Shown: piece by piece, positions 28,536 to 60,659 of the stretch
Layout of the letters: each line of letters opens with the position of its first letter
How positions within the stretch are numbered: position 1 is the stretch's first letter
From: Eimeria praecox
Taxonomy: Eukaryota
DNA length: 64,000 bases
Assembly: GCA_963920595.1 (NCBI GenBank)
Contig: OY986946.1
Coordinates: 992,001-1,056,000, forward strand
Reading direction: 5' to 3'
Program-made: the position numbers and the translations under genes
Notes under the pieces: generated by a model
The model's input: the letters and a program-made list of their open reading frames with translations, nothing else
Told to the model about the DNA's origin: nothing
The model's database searches: none

Positions 28536-29475
28536 TTTCAAAGAAAAAGATAATAACTGTATATAAACAAACAAACAAATAAACAAACAAATAAACAAAC
28601 AAATAAACAAACAAATTCAGAAAAACATACGCGAAAAGCAACAGCCGAAAAGAACGGATCTGCCCTGAAAAAACGTGGAAAGCTGCGAGAAAAATATATT
28701 TTTATATATTATTTTACATTTAAAACACATTTAGAATTATTTTATTCAAAAAAAAACATAAAAAACATACATATTACAACGAAAACAATATACACACACA
28801 ACACATAGCTTTCTATAGGATTTCTCAGGTGTACAGACACCACCCCAAGTCTGAAATTATATTTTTCTTATATTTTTGCTTGCCTACTAAGAATAAATAT
28901 ATATATAAATAATATTTTTCTTCTTCTTTTAACTCAATTTAATGTTTAATTTTCAAAATTGTGTTCTGTTGATGCCAATATTTCTTCTCGCTCATTCAAT
29001 TTGATGCTTGTCGCTGTTTGTTGGCTGGGGGCCCCCCCCCTGTTCTTCCTTAGCTTTTTCTCTTTTTCGTGCTTTCTTTGTTGGATTTAATTAAGATAAT
29101 TTAAATAATTATATTAATAACTTCTTTTAATTGTTTTATTTAATTCTAAAACACAATAAAATCTGGTTTTTATACATTGTTTAAATATAATATATTATTT
29201 ACCTTCGCTCTATGATACAAGATACTAGCAGCTCTCTTTTTGTTTGTTGCTTATTTCATGTTGTTTTTTCTAATATAATATAAAATAAAATTATATTTTA
29301 TTTAATTTAATAAAATATTAACTCGAATTAATTATTATTTTCTGTTTCTTACTCTTTTTATTACTACTTCTCCGCCTCGCTCGCATCTTCTTTACGTTTT
29401 TCTCTTAGTAATCAACGTCAACGCCCAATTCAACAGCAAGCATACTCCTTCTAACATATATATATATATATATAC

Positions 29476-29506
<31 letters not shown>

Positions 29507-29994
29507 CCTATTTATTTATCTATTTAGAGTTATATATATATATATATATATATATAATATCTACTTGCCTATGCTACGTTATATCCAATCTATAGACATT
29601 GATAGGTATCACTCTTGAATAGCTATAGCTATACATATCTGTACATATATATATATATATATATACTGCTTTATATATATATATATATATATATAAAGAC
29701 TTCTTCATTTTCTTTGTACAAACAGAAGAAATAACTTAAATAAAATTTTTAGTTTTTTTCTATCCAGAAATAAACAGACGTACACCTCAATGTACCCTAA
29801 ACCCTAGACCCTAAACCCTAAACCCTAAACCCTAGAACCCCTATAAACCCTATAAACCCTACAAACCCTATAAACCCTACAAACCCTATAAACCCTATAA
29901 ACCCTACAACCCCTATAAACCCTACAACCCCTATAAACCCTACAAACCCTCAAAACCCTCAAAACCCTAAACCCTAAACCCTAAACCCTAAACC

Positions 29995-44361
<14,367 letters not shown>

Positions 44362-45418
44362 TGCATGCGTTTAAGGATTAGGGTTTAGGGTTTAGGGTTT
44401 AGGGTTTAGGGTCTAGGGTTTAGGGTTTAGGGTTTAAGGATTAGGGTTTAGGGTCTAAACAGAGGCGTAGAGGGGGGTTTGAGGGTTGGCTCGAATCCCT
44501 TGAGACATTTGCTGTTGCTAGAGGATAGAAAAATAAAAATAAATAAATAAAATAATTAAATAAAACAATTTAAAGAAGAAAATAACAAGAATTTATATAT
44601 TGTTGACAGCTGCTGCTGCTGTAGCTACAGCTGCTGTAGCTGTTGTTATTATTGTTGCTGCTCTTGCTGCTGTTTCTGCTGTATAAAATGCGGCGTCTCT
44701 TAAATAAAATATAAAAATAAACATTATATTTAATATTTTATGTATTTAAAACAAAAGAAAACATTATTTTATAGAAAAGAAAAGATATTAAGAAGGAGCT
44801 GAGGGCTGCATGTATGCAGCAGCGTCGTCGGCGGTGCCTGAGGTGTATATACACCTCGAGCATAACATATTTCTTGTATTTTTTTATTATTTTTAAATAT
44901 TATTTATATTTTATTTAATATATTTTGATTTAATTACTACAAAATCCAATAATTTTATACTTTATTTGCTCCCTTATGCCCTCAGTCTTCTCTTCATATA
45001 ATAAGACAGACCGAGTGTTAAGAAAGAAGATTTATTTTTATTTGTATTGTCGTATGTTTAGATCTTCTATATTTATTTTTAATATTAAAAATAATAAATA
45101 TAATAATATATTATTATTATTATCACATTATTATTATATAATTATAATACAAATGTAGTAATATATTCCTATTATTATTATTATATTATAATCTAAAGTA
45201 ATAAAATATCCTAATCCACAATAATATATAATTAAAAAGAAAATGTAATCTCAGCATTTTTATTATTTTCTATCATAAAAATTTTATTTACATACATATA
45301 TATATATATAATGTTTATAACGTTTATTCCGTACTATGTATAATGTCTATAATCTACTTATTACATACAAGCGCATATTATATACTATGCCTCTATCTCT
45401 ATCTCTATCTCTAATACG

Positions 45419-45479
<61 letters not shown>

Positions 45480-45805
45480 TATGTATACATAAACAAATAG
45501 ATAAAAACAAGTAAATATATATAAACAAAGAAAGACAAACAAAGAAGAGAAAAAGTTGAAATAAAGTAGTAAGTTTTATTTTGTTAAATGACCCTGACAA
45601 GAAGCGAGGGATATGTTTTTTTTATTTATTTATTTATCTATCTATCTATTTATTTATTTTTAATTTTAGTTTATTTATTTTAATTTATTTATTAATTTTA
45701 TTTATTTTTTGTCTTTTTTATTTTATTTTGTTTTATTTTGTTTTTTTCCGAAGTCCTTTGACTTACTTAACTATGTTTAGATTTGTTTTTTTATTTATTT
45801 ATTTG

Positions 45806-45839
<34 letters not shown>

Positions 45840-45918
45840 TATATATATATATAAACAAATAATATTTTTATTTTTCTAATTATTTATAACATAGACTTTG
45901 GTTTAATAAAGCGTTTAC

Positions 45919-45953
<35 letters not shown>

Positions 45954-46038
45954 TTTGTTTATTTTACTTTTTTGTTTATTTATTTTATTAATTTATTTAT
46001 TTGCTGCTGCAGCTCGAGAAGCAGCATTTCTTATGCTC

Positions 46039-46073
<35 letters not shown>

Positions 46074-46157
46074 TTGCTTCCTTCCTTTTTTGTTTTCTCG
46101 CTGCTCCTTTCTACATTTTCTTCTTCTTCTTCTTCTTCTTCTTCTTCTTCTCTTTGC

Positions 46158-46194
<37 letters not shown>

Positions 46195-46210
46195 TGTTCT
46201 TCTTCTTCAT

Positions 46211-46385
46211 CTAAATATATGTTGTGTGTTGCATTGGCATTGTATCTGCTCTCTTTTGTATTTTATTTAAATTAATTTTAGATAAAATAGCAGGAGGAAG
46301 GAGAGGAGGAGATTTAAAGAGAGAGAGATTGCCCAGAGACTTTGATCGAATTACTGATAACTCATTAGAACACTCAGCCCTCCCC

Positions 46386-46417
<32 letters not shown>

Positions 46418-46593
46418 ATTGCTGCTGCTGCCGTTGCTGCTGCTGCTGTTGTTGTTGTTGTTGTTGCTGTTGGTGGTGGTGGTGGTGGTGGTGACAGGGA
46501 ATGGCTTCGATTCGTCCTTCTGCTGCTGCTGTTGTTGCTCTTGTTGCTGTTGCTGCTGCTCCTGTTGTTTCTGCTGCTGCTCTTCCTTTTGCC

Positions 46594-46624
<31 letters not shown>

Positions 46625-46719
46625 CTGCTGCTGCTGCTGTAGGCTCACGTCTGCAATTGCAGCGTCTATTTGCTTCGCCTTCGCTGCAGCATTATCGTTG
46701 CTGTGGGGCTGCTGAGGCT

Positions 46720-46761
<42 letters not shown>

Positions 46762-46820
46762 CTACCTCTTCTTGCTCCTCGTTGAGTTTCTCTGAGATTT
46801 GTCTCCTCTGCTGCTGCTGC

Positions 46821-46852
<32 letters not shown>

Positions 46853-47266
46853 CTCTTGTTCCTGCTGCAGCTGCTGCTGTTGCCGTTTCAGTTGCTGCAG
46901 CTGCTCTTGTTGTTGCTGCTGTAGCTGCTGCTGCTGCTGCTGCTGCTGCAGCTGCTGCTGCAGAGCTAAGCGAGTTCGTAGTAGCTCTGATGCTGCGTCG
47001 TTTTCTATGCTGCTGTTTGTAAGAGCTGTAGGATAGAGAAGCAGCTGCAGCTGCTGCTGCTGCAGCCTTTCTATTAGCTGCTGCTGCTGCTGCTGCTGCT
47101 GTTGTTCATGTTCTCCTTGCTGCTGTTGTTGCTGCTGCTGCTGGTTTGCGACGGCGCTGCTGCTGCTGCTGCTGCTCAACTCGGCTTGTCGCATGGAGGC
47201 CTCCTCGTTGCTGAGAGGAATCGAAGCAGACGACATTGAAGCAGCTGGAGGTGGTGTTGTTGCTGC

Positions 47267-47316
<50 letters not shown>

Positions 47317-47803
47317 TTGCTGGCTTTGGTGTGTGTCTGCGTTTCCTCTTCACCTGTTTATGTTTTCGTGTTTTTTCTTGAGTTGGTTTTCTTGTTTTTG
47401 TTTTAATTTGTTTCTTTACTTTTGTCTTTATTGCTTTTGGCTTCCCCTTCGTCTTCTTCTTCGTTGCTGTCTTCTTTGGTTTTATCTTTCTCACGACTCT
47501 CTTCTTCTTTTTCTTCTTCTTTCCTGCTGCTGCTGCTGTTGTTTCTGCTGCTGCTGCTGCTGGTGCCGCTGCTTCTGCTGCTGCTGCTCGAGTAGGTAGA
47601 GTTGATTCCTCTTCTGCTGCTGCTGCTGCTGCAGGAGGAGGAGGAGCAACAGCTGCTGGGGGCGGGGGCTGTGCTGCTGCTACTGCTGCTGCTGCTGCTG
47701 CAGCAGCTGCTGCTGCTGCTGCTGTTACGGTCTCAGCAGATGATCCTGAAGACAGCAGCAAACCCACAAACAAAAACAAAAATAAGTGCGGCGAAGGCGA
47801 GAG

Positions 47804-47866
<63 letters not shown>

Positions 47867-48011
47867 TTAGCAATAGGAGAGAAACAGCAGCAAGCAACTT
47901 CGAACAAAAACAAAAAAAACGAAGAAAGAAAAAGAAGGAAAGACAGAAACAAAAACAGAAAAAAATTTTATATAAACACAAGACAAACACACATGCATAC
48001 AATGTAAAGTG

Positions 48012-48101
<90 letters not shown>

Positions 48102-49559
48102 CTAATTGAAAGGTAAAGAATTAATTTAAACCGAAAAGAAAAGAATAGAAATAAATAGCAATTAGAGTAATAATAATAACAATAAAAACACTAGCAAACT
48201 AAATTATAAAAAAACAGAAAAAATATAAAACTAAATAAACAAAGGCAAACAAAGATAACAAAGTAAATCATAACAAACGAAAACAAGAGAAATATAAAAT
48301 AAAAATAAACAGACGAATAAAATAAATTAAAACAAACAAAAATACAATAAAAATAAAAAATTAAATAAGAAGACAAACCCTTAGAGACGATCTCCTTCAT
48401 TGCCTCGTCAACTCCTGTAAACACTTCTCTTAGCTTCTCAGCTAATACAGACACAGGCTGAGTCTGAGCAACAAAAAAAATATATTAATTAATTAATTAA
48501 TTAATTAATTAATTAATTAATTAATTAATTATCATATTTTATTAATTATGTTTAATTATTTACCTTTTATTAATAAATTAGATTAATTAATTAATTAATT
48601 AAATAATTTTGGTTAATTAATTATTTTTAATTAATTGAATATTTTTAATTATTTACTTTGCGTAATTAATTAGTTAATAACAATTATTTGTATTATCTAA
48701 AAATTAATTAATTAATTAATTAAAATAAAACAAAGACAGAAGAGCAAGACATATTTAAAAAAATGTTTAAGAAAGAAAAATAAATGAATACGTTAATAAA
48801 TTAAATAAATAATTATATAAATAAATAAACAAACAAATAAATAACAATGCATAAAACAAACAATAAACAAACAAGACAAAATAAACAAAACAAGAGAAGA
48901 AAGAAGAAATATACAAACAAAAAAAACTAAAGATAAATCAAAATAAACAAAACAAAAAGTAGAATAAACAACGAGAGAATAAAACAGCCAAACATAAAAA
49001 CAGAATAAACAACGAAAAGAAGAAAACAAACAAAACAAGAAAAGAAAACAGAGGAAAGAACGAAAAGAATAAAAGAAAGAACGCATACCTCAGATTGCAG
49101 CAGAGAATTAATGCTTTTATCAAGACGCTCCCGAAGCAAAGCTAAAGACATATCCGTCCTAAACAAACAAACAAACAAACAAACAAACAAACAAACAAAC
49201 AGCAGCAGGTTAACAGCAGCAGCAATAGCAGCAGCAGCAATAGCAGCAGCAGCAGCAGCAGGACTATCAGGAGCAGCAACATCAGCAGATAAAAGAAGAT
49301 AATAAAAAAAAAGAATAAGAAAAAAAGAAGAAACGAAGATAAGAAGATAAGAAGATGAGAAGCAGAGAAGAAAAAAGAATAAAATAAGAAGAAAAAAATA
49401 AGAAAGATAAAATAATTTAAAAAAAAAAGAAAAATAGAAGAAGAAAAGGAAGAAAAAGAAGAAGACAAAAAAGAAGTTAAAGAGAAGACAATAGAAATAA
49501 AACATAACAAGAATAAACAAGAATAAAAACAATAAAAGTAAAGCATTATATAAATATAT

Positions 49560-49594
<35 letters not shown>

Positions 49595-49615
49595 TCTATT
49601 TGCTTATTTATTTGT

Positions 49616-49651
<36 letters not shown>

Positions 49652-50767
49652 TTAATTAATTAACCTTTTGATTTGAGTAAGCAATTTATCTCTTTCTTGT
49701 TTAATTTCTTTTAATTCTTTTTTTGTATTTTCAAAATTTTGCATTGTAATTTCAACTTCTTCTTGTTTTTGTATAATTTGTTTATTTTTTTCTTTTTCTG
49801 TTTCTAATAAAATAATATTTTCTTTATAATATTCTACTAATGCTTCTTCTAATCTATTCTTCTCTACCTCTAATTGTGTTTGATCGTCACTAACATAATC
49901 TGTACTTGTACATAAAAAACAACGAAAATCTCTCATCCAACCTCTACTGCTTCCTGCTGCAGCTTCACCTTCTCCTCCTCCTGCTGCTGCTGCTGTTGTT
50001 GTTGCTGCTGCTGCTGCAGAAGAAGAAGCAGGAGCAGCCATATCATCAACGCCATTTCTCATCATCATCATCATTTGCTGCTGCTGTTGCTGCTGCTGCT
50101 GATGCTGCTGTTGATGCTGCATGCGTCTAGCAATACCAAATATAGATTTTTTCTTATGAGGGATCTTGGGGAGAGGAGGTAGAGGAGGAGGCGAATACGG
50201 ATTATCTTCAAGAGCTAAAACCTCATAACTGCTGTGTCTAGGTAATTTTTGCTTAGGAAATTTATATTTAAATTTACTAGGAATTAATGCCTGCAAATTC
50301 CCCGGGTGTATAGACACCTCAGCGTCTTCTGTTCGGATATTACAACATCCTCCACTTGCTATCTCACGTGATGATGTAGTATAAAGAAAAGGAGGACATG
50401 CAGATCCTTCAAATGATGTTGTTGCTGGTGCTGGTGCTGGTGCTGCTGCTGCTGCTGTTGTTGTTGCTGCTGCTGCTGGTGATGGTGGTGCTCCTGCTGC
50501 TGCAACACCACTAAACCCTCGCCAAGGAGGAGAAGGTATGCCTGAAGGAGGCCTTTCTATCCACTGGGAGTTCCCTGCTAGTGATGGTGCTGCTGCTGCT
50601 GCTGCTGCTTCTGCTGCTGTTACAGAGGAGCCGCTACCACTACGGATGTGCAGCGGTAGAGAGTTAGAAGGATTGGTGCTGCGATATTGAAGAGGATAAG
50701 AAGAAACGCCCTCTGCTATTAGAGAAGGGGAGAAAGTAACCCCCTCTGATGCTGCTAACTCCGCCAT
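46211..50767 (-). CDS. Hypothetical protein with predicted coiled-coil, Lys-rich basic segment and poly-Q tail
   Basis: Exons 50767-49664, 49158-49089, 48463-48379, 47745-46211 join in frame with GT-AG. Heptad-rich region QLEVEKNRLEEALVEYYKEN..KELKEIKQERDKLL. No family recognised and the 3' end is less certain. Confidence 0.7.
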
Positions 50768-51621
50768 CTACGAAGAATATTCATGAGTCAGCAGAACTCG
50801 CCGTCGCGCGTCAGCTGTAGATGCATCGAAATTGAACGAGGCAAAAAAACCCTGGAAGGAGAAGAAACGAAACTGTTTTAAACACACTTTAGAAAACAAC
50901 AAACTAAAAATGAAGAATCAAAGCAATGTAAACAGGATTCTCGAAGAGGGTCCATCCAGAGCAGCCTTGTTGACCTGGGAAGCTGCAATACAGCGGCTGC
51001 CCAGAGGCTGCAAAGAGCGGAAACAGCACTGCAAAAGGAAAATAAGAATACAACAACTTCAAAAAGGAGAAGACCACAATTATGAAGAAGTTGAAGAACA
51101 AGCAAAACTCTTCTGACCGCAAACACCAGCCCGATGGTCGCCGATGCTGTCGACCCGAGACGCTGAGCTAGCAGTCCTGATTTGAGCCCTTCTCTATGTG
51201 GAAAGCTGTTATATTTTGACGATTAGGCAGAAAAAGAACAAGAAGAACTAATATAAACTACTTTTTAAGGTTTGTTTTCCTCGGGATCGGTCTCAAAATG
51301 CTCAGACGAAGAAAAGAGTTGCCGCCGCTTGAACCTGCGCCGAGCCATCCGGGTGTATCCGCAGCTCTGGCGCGTTCGGCGGCGACCCCTCATGCTCTTG
51401 CATGCAACTTAGGAAACTTGAGATTAATATGTTTACTCCTGGTTTAATGAGTGTGAATTCTTGAGTAGATAATGTTTTTCTTCATTATTCCTTGATTTTC
51501 CTCTTGATTTCCTGGCGCGTATAGCCTAGAACCCCTGACAGCGGCAGTCGTCCAGCAAGCAGTCCACGTCTTGCCAGCCACAGAGTATGATCTCCTCTTT
51601 GAACAACATCTTTTAAAGGAA
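50768..51621. promoter_or_regulatory. Putative bidirectional promoter/5' UTR region between divergent genes, containing TGCATGCA (51399-51406)
   Basis: About 850 bp with no microsatellite, lying between two divergent start codons. TGCATGCA is a known enriched apicomplexan motif bound by ApiAP2 domains. Function here is inferred. Confidence 0.45.
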
Positions 51622-56703
<5,082 letters not shown>

Positions 56704-56706
56704 AGA

Positions 56707-56746
<40 letters not shown>

Positions 56747-57384
56747 CTGCTGCGGCTGGTGCTGCTGCGGCTGGTGCTGCTGCTGGTGCTGTTGCTGCTG
56801 CGGCTGGTGCTGCTGCTGCTGCGGCTGGTGCTGCTGCTGCTGCGGCTGGTGCTGGTGCTGCTGCTGCAATAGCAGCAGCAGTGAGAGCACCAGGCGCAAA
56901 CAACTGTAGCAGCAGCAGCAGCAGCCACAACGACAACAAGAACTGCAGCAGCAACTACAGCAGCTGCTACTACAGCAGCAGCTACCACAGCAGCAGCAGC
57001 AACAACTACAACAGCAACAACAGCAGGACCAGGCGCAAACAGCTGCAGCAGCAGCAGCAGCCACAACGACAACAAGAACCGCAGCAGCAACTACAGCAGC
57101 AGCAACACTGCTGCAGCAGCAACACTGCTGCAGCAGCAACACTGCAGCAGCAGCAGTTGTCTACCTCAAATGCTGATGATAATTTGAGTAGGCTTTCAAA
57201 GAATAAAAAAAAAGAAAGAATACAACAAGAGAAATAAAACAACAACAAAGAAGAGAATGTTTAAAACAAGAAATAAACGAAAAAAGAAAAAATAGAAAGA
57301 AGAAAAAAACAAAAAAATAAAATAAAATAATATAAAGAAAAGAAATAAAATGTCGATGCGTCTTAGAGCGAGGTGTATGTACAG

Positions 57385-57443
<59 letters not shown>

Positions 57444-57884
57444 CAATTTATCTCTCCCTCTACATCTGTCTCACACTGTCTATCTCTTTCCTTGTCTTTC
57501 TCTCTCTGCCACTCTCTTTCTTTCTTTCTTTCTTTCTCTGTCTTTCTATCTCTATCTCTTTCTCTCTGTCTCTCTGCATTTCTTAATCTGTTTGTATTAA
57601 ACTAGGTTTTACAGGGATATCAGGTTGTTTAATAATATAATATTATATATATATATATATAATAACAGGATAAAGTTCTAATATGTTTTTTTCTATTTGT
57701 TTTAGCTTAAAAAGAAGCTATAAAAAAAAAAGAAAGAAAAAGAAGAAATGTCTGAGCACAGTACAGCAGACAACCCATTTACGTGGGGCTGTACATACAC
57801 TTGAATGTATAAAAAAACTTTGTATGATTTATTATACTTGTATGATTTATTATACTAGCTATTAGCTTTCTTTCTTCTACTCTC

Positions 57885-57959
<75 letters not shown>

Positions 57960-58049
57960 CTAAATCTATCAAAACTGCATGCATGCACTTTTGCACGCAC
58001 ACAGAAAAATCTATCCAGAGCTTTTGCCGCACTCTTATATTTATTTAGA

Positions 58050-58080
<31 letters not shown>

Positions 58081-58334
58081 ATATCTATCTATATATCTAT
58101 ATATCTATATATCTATATATCTATATATCTATATATCTATATATCTATATATCTATATATCTATATATCTATATATCTATATATCTATATCTATATATCT
58201 ATATATCCATATATCTATATCTGTCTATCTATCAATATCTATCTGTCTATCTATCTAAATCTCTATCTCTCTATATATACATATATATATATATATATAG
58301 ATAGATAGATAGATATAGATAGATAGATATTGAT

Positions 58335-58373
<39 letters not shown>

Positions 58374-58389
58374 TATCGATAGCTATAGA

Positions 58390-58440
58390 CATGCACATGC
58401 ATGCACGCATGCATGCATGCATGCATGCATGCATGCATGT
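58390..58440. repeat. (TGCA)n / TGCATGCA array just downstream of the IMP2-like stop codon
   Basis: atgcacatgcatgcacgcatgcatgcatgc... is directly visible. Further TGCATGCA at ~57976. Confidence 0.85.
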
Positions 58441-58489
58441 ATGTATGTATGTATGTATGTATATATGTATGATAGATCTACTAATACAA

Positions 58490-58842
58490 TTAACTAAGCA
58501 TAAGACAAGCCCCAGCTCTCTCCGCTTTTTCTTTAAATAAGTTTGATGTTAATGTCTTTGCTTGTAAGGCAGAGCTCTCAAGAGGAGTAGCAGCAACACC
58601 ATCAACATCTCCAATTTCGTAGGCTTTGCTACATTCCATCTTTATTACTTCATTACAAGGAACACGATGTAACCATATCTGAGTCTTCAAACACCCACCA
58701 TGCTCGATCAGGGTCACCTCACCATCAAACGCCTAAAAACAAAATCAAATCACACACACATACACACACATATCTATATATATCTATATATATCTATATA
58801 CCTATATCTATATCTATATCTATATCTATCTATCTATCTATC

Positions 58843-58892
<50 letters not shown>

Positions 58893-59271
58893 TAGATACA
58901 GATATAGATATAGATATAGACATAGACATAGACATAGATATAGATATAGATATATAGATATATAGATATAGATATAGATATAGATATAGATATAGATATA
59001 GATATAGATATAGATATAGATATAGATATAGATATAGATATAGATATAGATATAGATATAGATATAGATATAGATATAGATATAGATATAGATATAGATA
59101 TATAGATATAGATATAGATATAGATATAGATATAGATATAGATATAGATATAGATATAGATATAGATATAGATATAGATATAGATATAGATATAGATATA
59201 GATATAGATATAGATATAGATATATAGATATAGATATATAGATATAGATATATATATATATATATATATAT

Positions 59272-59302
<31 letters not shown>

Positions 59303-60014
59303 TAGATATAGATATATAGATATATATCTATATAAATATATAGATATAGATAGATATAGATAGATATAAAGAAGAGAAGAAAATAGAAAAAACAACTCTA
59401 GACGCACCTTAACAGCTTTGAGGAAGGCGCACCATCCTTGAAAATATCTTTTACTGTCTCCTTGACAATTTCTAATTAACTCTGTTCTTCCTTGATTAGT
59501 TGTATATTTAAATGCAGGCACAGGTTTTCTAGGTTTAAAATGCATGAAAGCATTAGGCACGCTTCGTCTGCTCGCACGCGTTCGATACCCACCCCCAAAA
59601 AAGTAGAAATAAAATATTAATTTAATATATAAATAGGGTGTATAGACAGATAAAATCACTACAAAAAAAGAAATAAATATTTACTTAAAATAAACAAATC
59701 TACAAATTCATAATAGAGTAATTGAAAGGGCTAACACACACAACAGATAGATAGAAAAAACAACACAACAGATGAGAGTGTTGCTGAAGATAGATATATG
59801 AATATATTATAGTCTTTAGAGACGAATAGTGTTCTAAATAATAAAAACAAATAATATTTCATGATATTATATGAGAAAGAAGCAGATAAATACAAACATA
59901 AACCTACTTGCTCCAAGTTAAGAACAGAGTTCCTTGTGAGGCTGTGTCGAAAGATAGATAAGCTCCTTCTTCATCATTCTCTATTGGCCGTGAGTCTGCT
60001 CTCACTATAGACAT
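58490..60014 (-). CDS. IMP2: Immune mapped protein 2 (IMP1/IMP2 family)-like protein, about 169 aa
   Basis: Exons 60014-59908, 59567-59408, 58732-58490 total 510 nt in frame. Motifs [39 protein letters not shown] and [12 protein letters not shown] match my recollection of the IMP1-like/IMP2 domain. An acceptor (cttcag) 6 nt before the ATG suggests an upstream, probably UTR, exon. Confidence 0.75.
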
Positions 60015-60593
60015 TTTGATCTGAAGAGAGAGAAAATAAATAATACTTTCAGTTTCTGTTTTTCAGGTGTACATACATACATACATACATACATACATGC
60101 ATACATACACCGCAATAGACAAGAAAAAGCTGAAGAATGCATTCAACTAGAGGCAATCAAATACCCACTCCACCACGTTCTCTTCCATTTATAACAGCAA
60201 AGTATTTCAATAAAACAAATAAAATTTAAATGAAACTCAACAGAAACGATTGAGAAGCCCCCTCATGTTGCCGGCTCTTACATTGTGCAGGCCGCGACGC
60301 AGGGTTGCGGTGTTATATAGAGGGGGATATATAAAGGAGCAATGAGGTTAAAATGAGTGAAATTAAGTATAATAAAACAAATAATCCCCTAAAATATAAA
60401 AAAAATAGCAAAAAAACAATACAGCTGCAGCCCCAGTAACAAACAACCAACAGACAATAAACACAACACATTGCGACCAGTCGATGACCATTTCACTATT
60501 TCGACTCCTCCATTTGCACACCTAAGATCAATCAGAAAAAAAAATTTATTTGTATTTATATGCACTCTTAGACAAATCCTAGGACAGAAAAAC

Positions 60594-60659
<66 letters not shown>

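Noticed and set aside
50832..51126. Short ORFs between the divergent genes
   Set aside because: No recognisable motif or splice partners; more simply the 5' UTR or promoter of the flanking genes.
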